Assembly (NCBI GenBank): GCA_951406725.2
Contig: OX597833.1
Coordinates: 29,202,001 to 29,266,000 of the forward strand
Source of the DNA: Octopus vulgaris
Lineage: Eukaryota
Direction: 5' to 3'
Length of the DNA: 64,000 bases
Shown here: piece by piece, positions 38,491 through 50,940 of the stretch
Layout of the letters: each line of letters opens with the position of its first letter
How positions within the stretch are numbered: position 1 is the first letter of the stretch
Position numbers and translations under genes: made by a program
Notes under the pieces: generated by a model
Databases searched by the model: none
What the model saw: only the letters and a program-made list of their open reading frames with translations
What the model was told of the DNA's origin: nothing

Positions 38491-39670
38491 CAGGGTGGGG
38501 CAGAGAGGATGGACGTTTTTGAAAAATTCACAAAATCATTAATCTTAGCTGCAGACAAATTTTATTGACATCAATGTGTTCATATCAAATTAGCATTTGC
38601 CAAAATGAAGTGTGGAAAACAACATCCATCATGTGGTGTCTGTTTTCATTGATGCATCTCTGAAGGCGTTCTTGGAAGTTGGCCTCCACTCTCTTGGGCA
38701 TTGTTCTGTCGATTTGGGTGAGTTTCACGCGAATACCTTCCTTGAAGTCATCCAATGTATGGGGTTTATGTGCATATACACATGCCTTGAGGTTTCCCTA
38801 CAAGAAATAATCCCACATGGACAAATCAGAGGACCGAGGGGGGCCAAGGAATGTCAGCAAACCTGGAAATGAGGCAGTCACTGAAGAGAGAGCAAAGAAT
38901 CTCTATTGATGCTCTGGCTGTGTGGGCCATTGCTCTATCCTGCTGAAACCTCACATGTCGAATAGGCATATGTTTTTGTCATAATTCAGGGTCAAAGAAG
39001 TTGTTTATCGTCTTGATGTAATGCTTGGCGTTCACAGTAACAGCATTTCCATTATTATCTTTAAAAAATTAAGGACAGCAGCTTTTCCACCAGTACACCA
39101 GGCAGTCACTTTTGGGCTGTGCAGTGGTCTTTCGTGCAGTTCTCTTGGATTTTCAAGATTCCAATAATGACAGTTCTGTTGATTCACCATGCCATTGAGA
39201 TGAAAATGAGCTTCATCACTCATTAAAAAAATGAGGTTGATTCCATCTGATGTGCAAAGTTAAGCCATTGTGCATAGTCCCATAGTTTCAACTGTTGCAC
39301 AATGACCAATTTGCACAGGTGAAAATGCAGGTCTTCATGTAAAACACACCTTAGTGATTGATTACAGATGTCAAGTTCAGTGGAATGCCTCCAAGCAGAG
39401 TGATTCAGACACTGTATTAAAGCTTGTCTGACATGTTCCACATTTTCTGGAGTCCATACCATTAGTGTACCTTGTGTATGAAGTGTATTCATCCAACGTA
39501 AGATTGTGTTACGGGTGGGAACAGCCTGATTTCAGTGAAGTGGCACCGAAACTCATGCTGAACTGCTGTAACAGACTTGTTATTCTTCATGTACCTGTCA
39601 CAGGCGAACATGCAATGCTCTATTGTGTAATAGCCATTTCAAAAACGTCCACCCTCTCTGCCCCACCCTG
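38491..39670 (-). mobile_element. Tc1/mariner-superfamily DNA transposon, defective (maT/rosa-like)
   Basis: TA-flanked TIRs cagggtggggcagagaggatggacgtttttgaaa / tttcaaaaacgtccaccctctctgccccaccctg; transposase motifs SDEAHFHLNG...HERPLHSPKVTAWC and WPPRSSDLSMWDYFL. Confidence 0.9.
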
Positions 39671-40031
39671 TATCTATCTAAAATATTCCAACAAGGAAGA
39701 CTCTCTAGGGTTGGTCAATCTACTAGAAACAATAGTCAAATCTCCCTCATATTAAATCTTGCTGTCTTAAGGAAAGATCATGTTAGAGAATGTAGTATTA
39801 GACATAACTCTAAAAAATGAGGTGGTCATGGCTGAAATGCCTTTGATCATAATTTTCAATCTAGGGTGATGTAGGACTAAACAGCAACAAGATATTTCAG
39901 TAATTCATACAAATGTGCAATCTATTATTGTGTGGAGAAGGAAGTATGTATGTGTTTGTACAGGGACTATTTAATGTTGCATTGTTTTTATTTGCATGTG
40001 TTATGTTGTTTTGGTTTTTCTTCCTTTTCAG

Positions 40032-40268
40032 ACTCTTCTGGTGCAAACTAAACAGGAATCTAGTTCTGATGACCTAACAGATCTAAGTTCCAAGCTGGAA
40101 CACCATGGATCAAAAACTGATGAGACATTCTCCAATCTCATAAACGACAACAGTCAGCTTGGCAATTATTCAGATGATGCATTTTATAAGAGTATGATGA
40201 ATCAATTAAGTATTGAGCGGTCACTCGTGAATGATTTGAGGTTGCAGAATAACGAATTAGAGAAAAAG
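40032..40268 (+). CDS. OPTN: Optineurin/NEMO-family gene, coding exon 4
   Basis: Acceptor ttccttttcag; TLLVQTKQESSSDD...QLSIERSLVNDLRLQNNELEKK; donor aag|gtaaat; 237 nt, phase 0/0. Confidence 0.75.
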
Positions 40269-40827
40269 GTAAATATTCTATTTTTGTGGTTTGTCAACAT
40301 CATGTACCCTCCAGGGTTGAATGCAAATCACCTAGCCAGTACACGACTTATATGTTCATGGCTTGTAAAACTATGTGCTGGCATGCCCCAAAATTGCATA
40401 CCTAAGAGAAAATTTATATATGAAGTGAAAGCAGCTTTAGCATAAACCAATCACCTCACATAAACCAATCAAGATACAATGTTTTAAAACAGAAAAATAT
40501 CTATAATGAAAATTTATTACATAATGTTCATTTCAAGAAGTTACTGTACATTGTTAATATTTCATGTGGCTTTCCTTAGCTTGAATAATTGCTTCAATGT
40601 GTCTGGGAAGAGATGCATACAAATCCTTCACCATCTTCTCAGGTTTGAGATGCCATTCTCTCTGAGTAAGCTCTCACAACTCTTCAAAATTGCATGAATT
40701 CTTCTCACGAACCCTTCTTTTTAGTTCTGTTTACATTTGCTTGATGATATTTAAGCCAGGGCTCTGAGCTGGCCAACCTCTCAATATGGTAACACCTTCA
40801 TCAGCCACATTCTGTTGAGTTGTACTG

Positions 40828-41041
40828 TATCATCATCATCGTTTAACGTCCGTTTTCCGTGCTAGCATGGGTTGGACGGTTCGACTGGGGTCTGGGAAGC
40901 CAGGAGGCTGCACCAGGCTCCAGTCTGATCTGGCAGTGTTTCTACAGCTGGATGCCCTTCCTAACGCCAACCACTCCGTGAGTGTTGTGGGTGCTTTTTA
41001 CGTGCCACCGGCACAGGTGCCAGGGGAGCCTGGCATCGGCC
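40828..41041 (-). mobile_element. RTE 3' tail copy
   Basis: catcatcatcgtttaacgtccgttttcc...gtgctttttacgtgccaccggcac. Confidence 0.85.
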
Positions 41042-41203
41042 AACCATATGTATTAGTATTTTCAGGTGGCTGTCTTAAGGTTTTTATCTTTATATTCTTG
41101 CCATATAGGTGCTATTCAGCACCCTCAGTCACCATTAGTGATGATTAAATTTTTCCTTTATGGTTTTATATTATGCCTAGCTGCTTATATTAATTTTTTT
41201 GTA

Positions 41204-42492
41204 TAGGGTTAGTTAAAAAGTACATAGCATTTTGTAAATAAAATTCATTAACAATAGCTGGATAGTTGCACATACCTTTACTCAACTACATATTTTCCAT
41301 TGTGTTCCACTACCTTTTTTTATCTTTGAGGCAGCTTCATCATCCCATTGTCCCAGAACTTGGCAACTTTCTGGGTCATGAACTGGTCTAATTAGTTTTT
41401 ACATTCTTTTCAAGAGTTGCAGTTCTTCTTGTTAAGATAATTTTGTAGGGATCAGAATAAATAATCTGAAGGTGCAAGGTCAAATGAGTATGGTGGGTGG
41501 GGTAGGACATCCCATCCAAGCTGCACCAATTTCTGCCTGGTCTGCAAAGAAACATGCAGTCTAGTGTTGTCCTGATGGAAGATGACACTCTTTCTGTTGG
41601 CTAATTTGTGACAGTTTTCAATAACTGCTTCTTTTAATTGGTCTAATTCAGTAATAGTCTGAATTTAACGTTTGATTTTTTGGAAGTAGCTCATAATACA
41701 CAATGCCCTTCCAATCCCACCACATACAGAGCATCACATTCTTCGGATACAAACCAGCTTTTGGAGAGATTGAAGGTGGTTCATCTCATTTTCCCCAGGA
41801 CCTTTTTTGTTTTATATTGTTGTAAATAATCCATTTCTCATTACACATGATCATTTTTTTCAAAAATGGATAATTTTTCACTCCATCTGAGCAGAAACTT
41901 GCAGATGGAAATGCGCTCTGTTAATTTTTTTCCATTAAGTTATGAGGCCCCCAAACATCATAGCGATCCACGTAACCAAGTGTTTTTAAATGCTTTATAA
42001 TGCTCACATAAGTAAGATATGTGGAGAATCTCCACAATGTCTTGCATTGTGTGACAGATTATTTTTTATTAAAGTCACAGTTTGTTCTTCATCAATGACT
42101 GTAGGCCTGCCAGAACATTCACAATCTTCCAGGTCAAAATTTTCAGTTTTAAATCTAGCGAACCATTTTCGAACAGTACTCTCAGCTATGACACCATCTC
42201 CATAAACAGCACATATCTTCTTTTCTGTTTGTACAGTGATTTTTACTTTCTGGAAAAAAAAAAAAAAAAAAAAAAATTTACAAAAAATGTATTTCATTTT
42301 CCTTCATTTTCAATTTCAATGTAAGAACAGTAGAAGTAAATAATCCACACAATATTCAAATAGAAAAATGTGCTGAGATCTCCTCTTTCAGAAAATCTAT
42401 ATATGTCATATGTTCCTGTCATGTGATAAAATAGATCATATGATTAAACATCACCAACTGAAAAACACTACACTGTTTTTATCAATCCAATA
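41204..42492 (-). mobile_element. Mariner (DD34D) transposon relic
   Basis: VYGDGVIAESTVRKWFARFKTENFDLED..SGRP and PHPPYSFDLAPSDY; degenerate TIRs flanked by TA; about 1.29 kb. Confidence 0.85.
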
Positions 42493-42564
42493 TAGATTGT
42501 GTGCTTCATGCAGCCTTAAGGGTTTTAACTCTTATTTCTTGCAATGACAATTAAATGTTATATA

Positions 42565-42745
42565 TCTGTGTGTGTGTGTCTTTGTGTCTGTGTTTGTCCC
42601 CCACTACTGCTTGACAACCTGCTTAGCAGTTTGGCAAAAGGGACTGATAGAATAAATACTAGGCTTAAAAAAAGTCCTGGAGTTGTTTGACTAAAATCCT
42701 TCAAGGCAGTTCCTAGCACAGCCACAGTCTGAAACAAGTAAAAAG
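42565..42745 (+). mobile_element. SINE 3' half whose tail matches the CR1-group LINE 3' end
   Basis: Ends aaggcagttcctagcacagccacagtctgaaacaagtaaaaag, versus LINE agggcggtgccccagcatggcctcagcc..ctgaaacaagtaaaag. Confidence 0.65.
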
Positions 42746-42861
42746 TTTAAAAAAAAGATAATTATATTCCAATTATAGAATAATGTTTTGTTGTCCTTCC
42801 TTGGTTTTTCTTGTTTTTATTTTGTTTTTGACTTAATGTTATTTTTTTTCTCATTTAATAG

Positions 42862-43005
42862 ATTAAAACCATGCAAGATACTCTAGATTCTAAATTGGAA
42901 CAAGAAAGAGCAAAATCTTTCGAAAATATACAGAATCTTCAAAAAAAATATAATGAAGAAATTGAGAGATTACAGTTAACTATCCCAGATTTGAATATTG
43001 TGAAG
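42862..43005 (+). CDS. OPTN: Optineurin/NEMO-family gene, coding exon 5
   Basis: Acceptor tcatttaatag; coiled-coil IKTMQDTLDSKLEQERAKSFENIQNLQKKYNEEIERLQLTIPDLNIVK; donor aag|gtaata; 144 nt. Confidence 0.75.
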
Positions 43006-43549
43006 GTAATATTCTTGTTTGTGTGTATAAAGGATAGGATAGCCCCATACCAACTCTGTGGGATCAAACTTCTGATCAAAGGCATTCTAGCTGTAACCAT
43101 ACTAACTTTTATTTCTAATACAGTGTATTTAGGATTATATTATCAAATGAGCCCTTCTACTTTTAAGACAACAGGATATGATTTAACTACTATTTTAGCT
43201 GATCAGATGTCCACATTGGAAGTTTCTTCTTTTATATTTTTTACTTTAGCTTAATCAAGAAGGGGCAGTGCCAACAAACCTTTGGAAGCCCTTTCAAACA
43301 AGTGAGATTGATATAAAAGAGGTTCAGTTTAAATATCTGTTAAGTCAGTGTCTGTTGAGGAAAATGTTGTCTGAAATTGGAATTCCTGAGAATTTGATGT
43401 TCTGTGAAGGAAGGATTTGGAAAATTAGTTAGTGTTGAGTCTGTGCTTGATGAAATACAGTAGAGGGTGATAAAAGAAAGACTGAGATTTGGGTGGAGAT
43501 GGTATGATGGTAGCTGAATGACCAACACAAATGATTTGTTTATAGTGAT

Positions 43550-43765
43550 TAAACGTGTGTGCTGTACATTAGCTCCCTCCCTCCATCAAATTGACGTTGC
43601 TTGAACAGGTGCCTGGTATACCACATGTTGAGTGTTGAAGTGATCACAAAACAACATGAGATGAAGGTTTTGCTCAAGAACACAATGCACCACCTGGTCC
43701 AGGAATTCAAACCATGATCTTGTGATTGCATGTGCAACACGCTAACCACTAGGCCATGTGCCCTT
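43550..43765 (-). mobile_element. tRNA-derived SINE
   Basis: Minus strand: A box tggcctagtgg, B box ggtttgaattcc, core tgtgttcttgagcaaaac. Confidence 0.7.
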
Positions 43766-43793
43766 ACGTAGATGATATACAAGTACCCTAATT

Positions 43794-43891
43794 TATTTAC
43801 ATTATTTACATTTGACAGATATTTGTCCTCGTCTTGTCAAATATCTGTCAAATGTAAATAATGTACATAATTCCTCATCTCTTAAATATAG
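43794..43891. mobile_element. 98-bp hairpin insertion with 13-bp TSD
   Basis: 33-bp inverted arms (43793-43825 / 43838-43870, 1 mismatch) plus a 21-nt tail, flanked by the direct repeat aagtaccctaatt. Confidence 0.75.
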
Positions 43892-44299
43892 AAGTACCCT
43901 AATTGTAGGGAATGTTGTAGAGCCAAAATAAAGTCTGTTAAGCTGAGTACACGATGTGTTTTCGATTCTCTTCACTTACCTCTGAATTTAAGGATTCCTC
44001 TTTCTTTCTTTCTCTAAACTAATCGCATGTTCATACTTAGTTTAAATGAGCTCAACTCAATATTTTCCATTCAATTAAGGCAAGATATACTGCTGAATAT
44101 CTTGGAAAAGTGTCTTACAGAATTTCATTGTGAATGAAATTGGGTGAACAAAAACTGTGTAGAAGCCCATTTGGTGCATTGTTCCTGTAATTTAAATGTC
44201 TGTTGCCACACACTGCCATGTTGACAACCCTACAACTGAATATTCATGGTTGGAAATCTTGACTGAGATCTCCATAAATATAATATCAACTGTTATTTG

Positions 44300-44331
<32 letters not shown>

Positions 44332-44367
44332 CATCATCATCATTTAACATCTGCCTTCCATGCTGGC

Positions 44368-44410
<43 letters not shown>

Positions 44411-44512
44411 TGATAAATATTTTATATGATGACAATTCTGTAAGAATGGTCAAATATTATAATTGCTTATGTGTAAAATAACCTTCAAGTGCAAAGAATA
44501 GTTTGAGCTTTT

Positions 44513-45408
44513 GGATCTTTTCACTTTGACCGGCAGATTTTAAAAATAATTTCTTTGTAACTAAACACTTTTAAACTTCATATAGTGGTAGAATGTGTTA
44601 CATAAAACATCTTTTTCTCTTGGCTTTCTTGAGAAAATTCTGTAGTTTGTAAGCTATTTGTTGTTTCGGCAATTTCAACCAATCAATGACGTCTATTGAG
44701 GTGAATACAATTACTGCTGTTGTTTGTCAACAACAACTTCCTGCAGTGTCTATTTAGTTTGTCACTGTTATTTATGACATATTTCAAATCAGTCACGTTC
44801 GTATGAATAAAAGATTATCGTGATTAAACTTTTAATAAACACATATTCTAAGTTCACAACATATGCAGTTTTAATTTCCCTCTCTGTTGCACAGATACTC
44901 ACATTACATATTATATATTCATTTAAGAAACAGATGGAAATGCAATAAAATAGATCGATACTTGGTCGCCAGCACCGGATGCCACAACTTATATGAAACA
45001 TTAAACATACATTATGAGGGCTAAACCAAGTAAAATGATTACGATATAGAGGACATTAGTAAATTATATATTTAACATTAAGGGTGTATATACCAAATTG
45101 AATATGTACTTAGTGTGTAACCCAGATTTTGGTGGGTGGGTGGGTGTCTAGTGTTTACAAGAAAGAAACAAGGAAAAGGAGACAAGGTTTGGGTGTTGAA
45201 ATTTGTAAGCGTATAGTGATGTATAATACATTTTAATATATGAATAACTTAATGAATAAAGGGTATTAATGATGAGAAGCAATAATTAATAAATGAATGA
45301 AACAGTATTACATATAACATTTCATGCATCCAACATAATATAAATTGAATTTATATACATCATAAATATTATTTATCTATTACATACAATAACTACACTG
45401 TATGATGT

Positions 45409-45469
<61 letters not shown>

Positions 45470-46510
45470 ATACATGTATTACATACAAATCTTATTTATA
45501 TTATACATATCTATAAATGTATATTATATAATGATGCGAAAGATGCTGCAAATATAAACATTTTGTGGCCATAAACTGAGGGGTCACTCGTAAACAGAGC
45601 TGGATAACAAAACAGTTCCCTCATTTAGTGTCCACCCATAATAATAACCCTACAGTGATGGAGGGGTACAAAAAATAATGATAATCTTCTAGTTTTGTGT
45701 GCGTTTTTCTTTCAATTTTTTCCTAATACTTTTTTCTTTGTTGCTGTTATAAAATGAATTAACTACATATCTTTATATATAAAAGTGAAGTTGTGTGAGT
45801 GTCTGTCTCCTATGATTTAGATTTCTAACTACTCCCACATTTTGCGGTGCAGTTTAACCAAAACCGGGCATCTTATAGTCGTGATTCATATCGAGCCCTT
45901 CTGGGTATTAGCGTGCGTCTACGATGAGTCTACGATTTAAAAAAAATTTACCATCATTTTTTTCCATTTTAATGCATTTTTTCGCTATTATATAAGGGAA
46001 GTAACTCTCTAAAAATGTCTACGATGAGTCAACGATTTTAAAAAGAATTTACCATCATTTTTTTTTCCATTTTTAATGCTTTTTTTTGCTACTTTTTGGC
46101 TATAACTCACTAAAAATGCTTATATAGTTATTTCCCTTACAAACCCGAGCAACGCCGGGCGATACTGCTAGTTTAATATATAAAGAACATAGATAATCTC
46201 AGGTCTGAGTATCGATCCATTTTATAGCATTTCAATCTGTTTCTTAAATGAAGTATATACTGCAGGAAGTTCTTGTTGAACTTGTTTAACAGCAGTAATT
46301 GTATTCACCTCAATAGACATCATTGATTGGTTGAAATTGCCAAAATACGAGAAATTAAACAAGAAATAGCTTACAAACTATAGAATTTTCTCAAGAACGC
46401 CAAGAAAAAAAGATGTTTTATGTGACACATTCTACCAGTATACGAAGTTTAAAAGTGTTTAGTTACAAAGAAATTATTTTTCAAATCTGCCGGTCAAAGT
46501 GAAAAGATCC
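44513..46510. mobile_element. GGATC-family (Merlin/MULE-like) non-autonomous element with long TIRs
   Basis: ggatcttttcactttgaccggcagattt / aaatctgccggtcaaagtgaaaagatcc, inverted similarity over more than 200 bp; perfect 8-bp TSD gagctttt. Confidence 0.9.
45770..46171 (+). mobile_element. Non-autonomous Helitron nested in 44513-46510
   Basis: A|TC start; 3' end cccgagcaacgccgggcgatactgCTAG|T identical to the other copies; different 5' half. Confidence 0.85.
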
Positions 46511-46585
46511 GAGCTTTTCCAAAGCTTGCACTTTTGCAACAGGCATTACTTTCAATATTAATTTAGTTGTTGTTATTTTTGCCAG

Positions 46586-46704
46586 TCAATGGCTGTTGAT
46601 CAAGAAGCACTGAAGCGTCAAGTGATGATCTTGCTTGATGAAGCAAGAGAGAATAAAGAAGAGATTGCATCTTTGAGAGAAATCCAAGCAATTAAAACTG
46701 AACA
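46586..46704 (+). CDS. OPTN: Optineurin/NEMO-family gene, coding exon 6
   Basis: Acceptor tttttgccag; SMAVDQEALKRQVMILLDEARENKEEIASLREIQAIKTE resembles OPTN ALNLQVTSLFKELQE and NEMO VKAQVTSLLGELQE; donor GTAAGC; phase 2. This exon is absent from the supplied ORF track. Confidence 0.75.
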
Positions 46705-47093
46705 GTAAGCAGAACCTTAAAATATTTTCTTGTCCAGGCTGTCCAATCCCTCTTTTGTCCATTCTACAATTCTTGTGCAGTAGCATACCACACTTACAGT
46801 ATTGATACCTTTGATCAATTTTCGTCCCATTCACCTTGGATCCATTTAGTTTTTACACTCTTATGGTATATTCAAAAGAAATCTTCATTTCTTTTATATG
46901 TTCATCTTATATAATGTTGTACTCCATGGCTGTCTACTTTACATTCTCTCTTCAGTTCAAGAACAGCACATCTGGATGTTATACGTTATGTGAGAAAATT
47001 TGTTTGATCTGAGTAAGGGAGTCCGATTGACCTCTGCTAACTCTGTAAAGCTTGAAGTCTCTTTTGCAGTTTATAACCAGCCTTCATCTTTAA

Positions 47094-47710
47094 CCCTTTC
47101 GTTACCAAACTGCCCAAAGCCGCCCCCAAAAAATTTTGGTTAATGTGACCAAACCACCCAAAGCCGGCCGTATTTACCTATTCATATTTAAATGAGAATA
47201 TCAGAGCAAATCTCTTTAGTACATTCGTGAAAACACGTGATTATACTTCGTAAACAGTTCATCTACAGTTTTGTACAACAATTGACGTGTAATTTTAATT
47301 CCCTGAATTTTGGGAGATTTTTTTCCACATTTTTTTCGGCATCGATTTTTCTTCAACTTTGAAAATGGATAGGAGTTTCACAAACTTTCCAATTCGGAAT
47401 CAATGCTTGATAAGCATTGATTCCGAATTGGAAAATTTGTGAAGCAAATACTGGGTACTGTTGTGGATTTAGTTTTTATACAGGGAAACTAATGTTAGTC
47501 AGCATGGTTTAGGGTATGATGTGGTCTGGAAGTTATTGTTTGAAGCGATCAATGCGGAAACAAACTTATGCAGAATGTAAACAAACACAAAATGGGGGTT
47601 CAAATTTCGGAAAATTTGTGAAGCAAATACTGGGTACTGCATGGATTTAGTTTTTATACAGGGAAAATAATGTTAGTCAACATTTATCTTTGTGAAGAGT
47701 TATGTCAAAA
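47094..47710 (+). mobile_element. piggyBac-like MITE fragment with internal palindrome and direct repeat
   Basis: TTAA|ccctttcgttacc terminus; hairpin at 47377-47443; ~70-bp direct repeat at 47430-47500 and 47609-47680. Confidence 0.5.
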
Positions 47711-47711
47711 A

Positions 47712-48545
47712 ATAAAGTACCAGTACCCTGCTCCTCCAAAATTTCAGGCCTTGTGCCTATTGTAGAAAGGATTTATTATTATTTGGGCACAGAGCTGGCA
47801 GAATTGTTACCATGCTGGGCTAAATGCTTAGTGGTATTTTGCCCATAGCTATGTTCTGTGGGAACACTGGGGTCAATGTAATTGACTAGTCTTCTCCAAA
47901 ATTTCAAGCCTTGTGCCTTTAATAGGAAGGATTATTATTATTATTATTATTATTATGAAGGTGGTGAACTGGCTGAATTATTAGCAGGCTGGATGAAATG
48001 CTTAGCAGTATTTCACCTGCCACTGTGTCCTGAGTTCAAATTCGGCTGAAGTTGACTTTGCCTTTCATCCTTTTGGGGTTGATAAATTAAGTACCAGTGA
48101 AACACTGGGGTCAGTGTAATCAACTAGTCTCCTCCCTACAAATCTGAGGCCTTGTGCCTCTTGTAGAAAGGATTATTATTATTATTAAGGTGGAAAGCTG
48201 GCAGAATTGTTAGTATGCTGGGCAAAATGCTTAGCAGTATTTTATCTGATTTTGTGTTGAGTTCAAATTCCTCTGTCTTTCAGTCTTTCAGGGTCAATAA
48301 AATAAGTACCAGTTGAGTACTGGGGTCGATGTAATCAACTTAACTAACCCCTCCCCCAAATTTCAAGCCTTGTGTCTATAATAGAAAAGATTATTATTAT
48401 TATTACATTCTGAATTCAAATTCTGCTGAGGTTATCTTTCATCCTTTCAGAGTTGATAAAATAAGTACCAGTTGAAGACTGAAGATGATATAATTGACTT
48501 ACCCCTACCTTGAAATAACTGGCCTTGTGCCAAAATTTGAAATTG
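47712..48545 (+). mobile_element. Head-to-tail array of about five tRNA-like SINE units separated by (ATT)n
   Basis: Repeated gctggcagaattgtta...gagttcaaatt...taagtaccag...ctggggtc...ggccttgtgcct...agaaaggattattatt. Confidence 0.8.
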
Positions 48546-48583
48546 TTATCGTTATTATTACTACCACCTTTTTTTTACAATAG

Positions 48584-48736
48584 ATGCCAGCGACTTGATG
48601 AAGCCAATGTTCGTCTTAGAATGGAGATGAAGACACGGCAGGAACAGGACACACAGCTAATAAACACTCTCCAATACTGTATACAAGATTTTGACAAGAA
48701 GTTAATAGCCGAACGAGAACATGTAAACATCAAACA
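48584..48736 (+). CDS. OPTN: Optineurin/NEMO-family gene, coding exon 7 (last exon found; gene presumably continues beyond the window)
   Basis: Acceptor ttttttacaatag; phase-2 join gives QCQRLDEANVRLRMEMKTRQEQDTQLINTLQYCIQDFDKKLIAEREHVNIK; likely donor GTCAGT at 48737 (alternative GTAAAC at 48723). Confidence 0.7.
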
Positions 48737-48924
48737 GTCAGTATAACCAATCAATCAATATATAAAATGTGTTAGCATTATAGTCATAAATTCAGTGTAC
48801 ACATACACACACAAGCACCCATATATATAAATTACATTCATATGTAAACAAACTTAAAATTTGTTTTTGAAGCACTGAAAGGTATTGTAGTACAAGTAGT
48901 AAGTATATTTTTTCAACGCGTAAA

Positions 48925-49500
48925 ACCAGCCTGTTTAAAGAACTCTGATCCCTGCTAAAAAGGGACCACAGAATGAACTTAATCCTCCAAACGCACACCA
49001 TCATAAAAAGCAAGAGTCCGCCCAAATCTATGAAAAGTCTCCTAACACAAGCCCGAATACGCTCAACAACACAGAAGCCATCAGTAAAAAAATGCAGAAG
49101 ATACAACTGTGGGATATGCATCAATTTAATTGAGTTATCAGAGTTCTCTTTAAACATGGACAACATTTCACAGTGAAAAGCAACTTCACATGTGCTTCGG
49201 AGAACCTGATATATGCACTAACCTGCTCTGGGTGTCAAGAGCAATACATAGGCCAAACAAAAAACAGTCTATGTAAAAGAATGGCTCTGCACAGATCCCA
49301 GATCAAAATTCTCCAAAACAGAAAAATAGCATTCAGCCGACACATAGACATTTGTGCCAATAACAAAAACCCAAGCTTCAGAATTTTTCCCCTCTACCAA
49401 TTCAGGGACGATACAACCTAGAGCCTACGAATTAGTAAAGAGACTCGCTTTATTACAAAATACAGACCCCTTTTGAACGTGATCCACCACAGGCTTAGAA
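48925..49500 (+). mobile_element. Penelope-like element (Neptune-type) Zn-finger + GIY-YIG remnant
   Basis: KCRRYNCGIC...FTCASENLIYALTCSGCQEQYIGQTKNSLCKRMALHRS...HIDIC...KETRFITKYRPLLN. Confidence 0.8.
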
Positions 49501-49679
49501 TAACGCAAATCACACGCAAATATTGAAAATGATACACTCAAGAGATTCCCAAGAATTCATTAAGAAACAGTCCCAATCACTGCTATAATCCATAACAAAC
49601 CACTTTTAGGTCACTTGACTATTTAACACCCTACTACTATCATACTACCTACATTCCTTCTTATTCTTCCTTCTCTTTC

Positions 49680-49785
49680 TTCTTTGTCTTCTTCTTCTTC
49701 TTCTTCTTCTTCTTCTTCTTCTTCTTTGCCTTCTTCTTCTTCTTCGCCTTCTTCTTTGCCTTCTTCTTCTTATCCTCCTCCTCCC
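49680..49785 (+). repeat. (CTT)n microsatellite
   Basis: Direct observation. Confidence 0.9.
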
Positions 49786-49822
49786 CTCCCCATCCTCTTC
49801 CCCTGCTCCTCCAAGCTCCTAT

Positions 49823-50940
<1,118 letters not shown>

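Noticed and set aside
40066-40110. Other CTGATGA occurrences (8687, 23948, 37443, 40066, 40098, 63044) as hammerheads
   Set aside because: I found no correctly placed stem II, GAAA, stem III and stem I around them.
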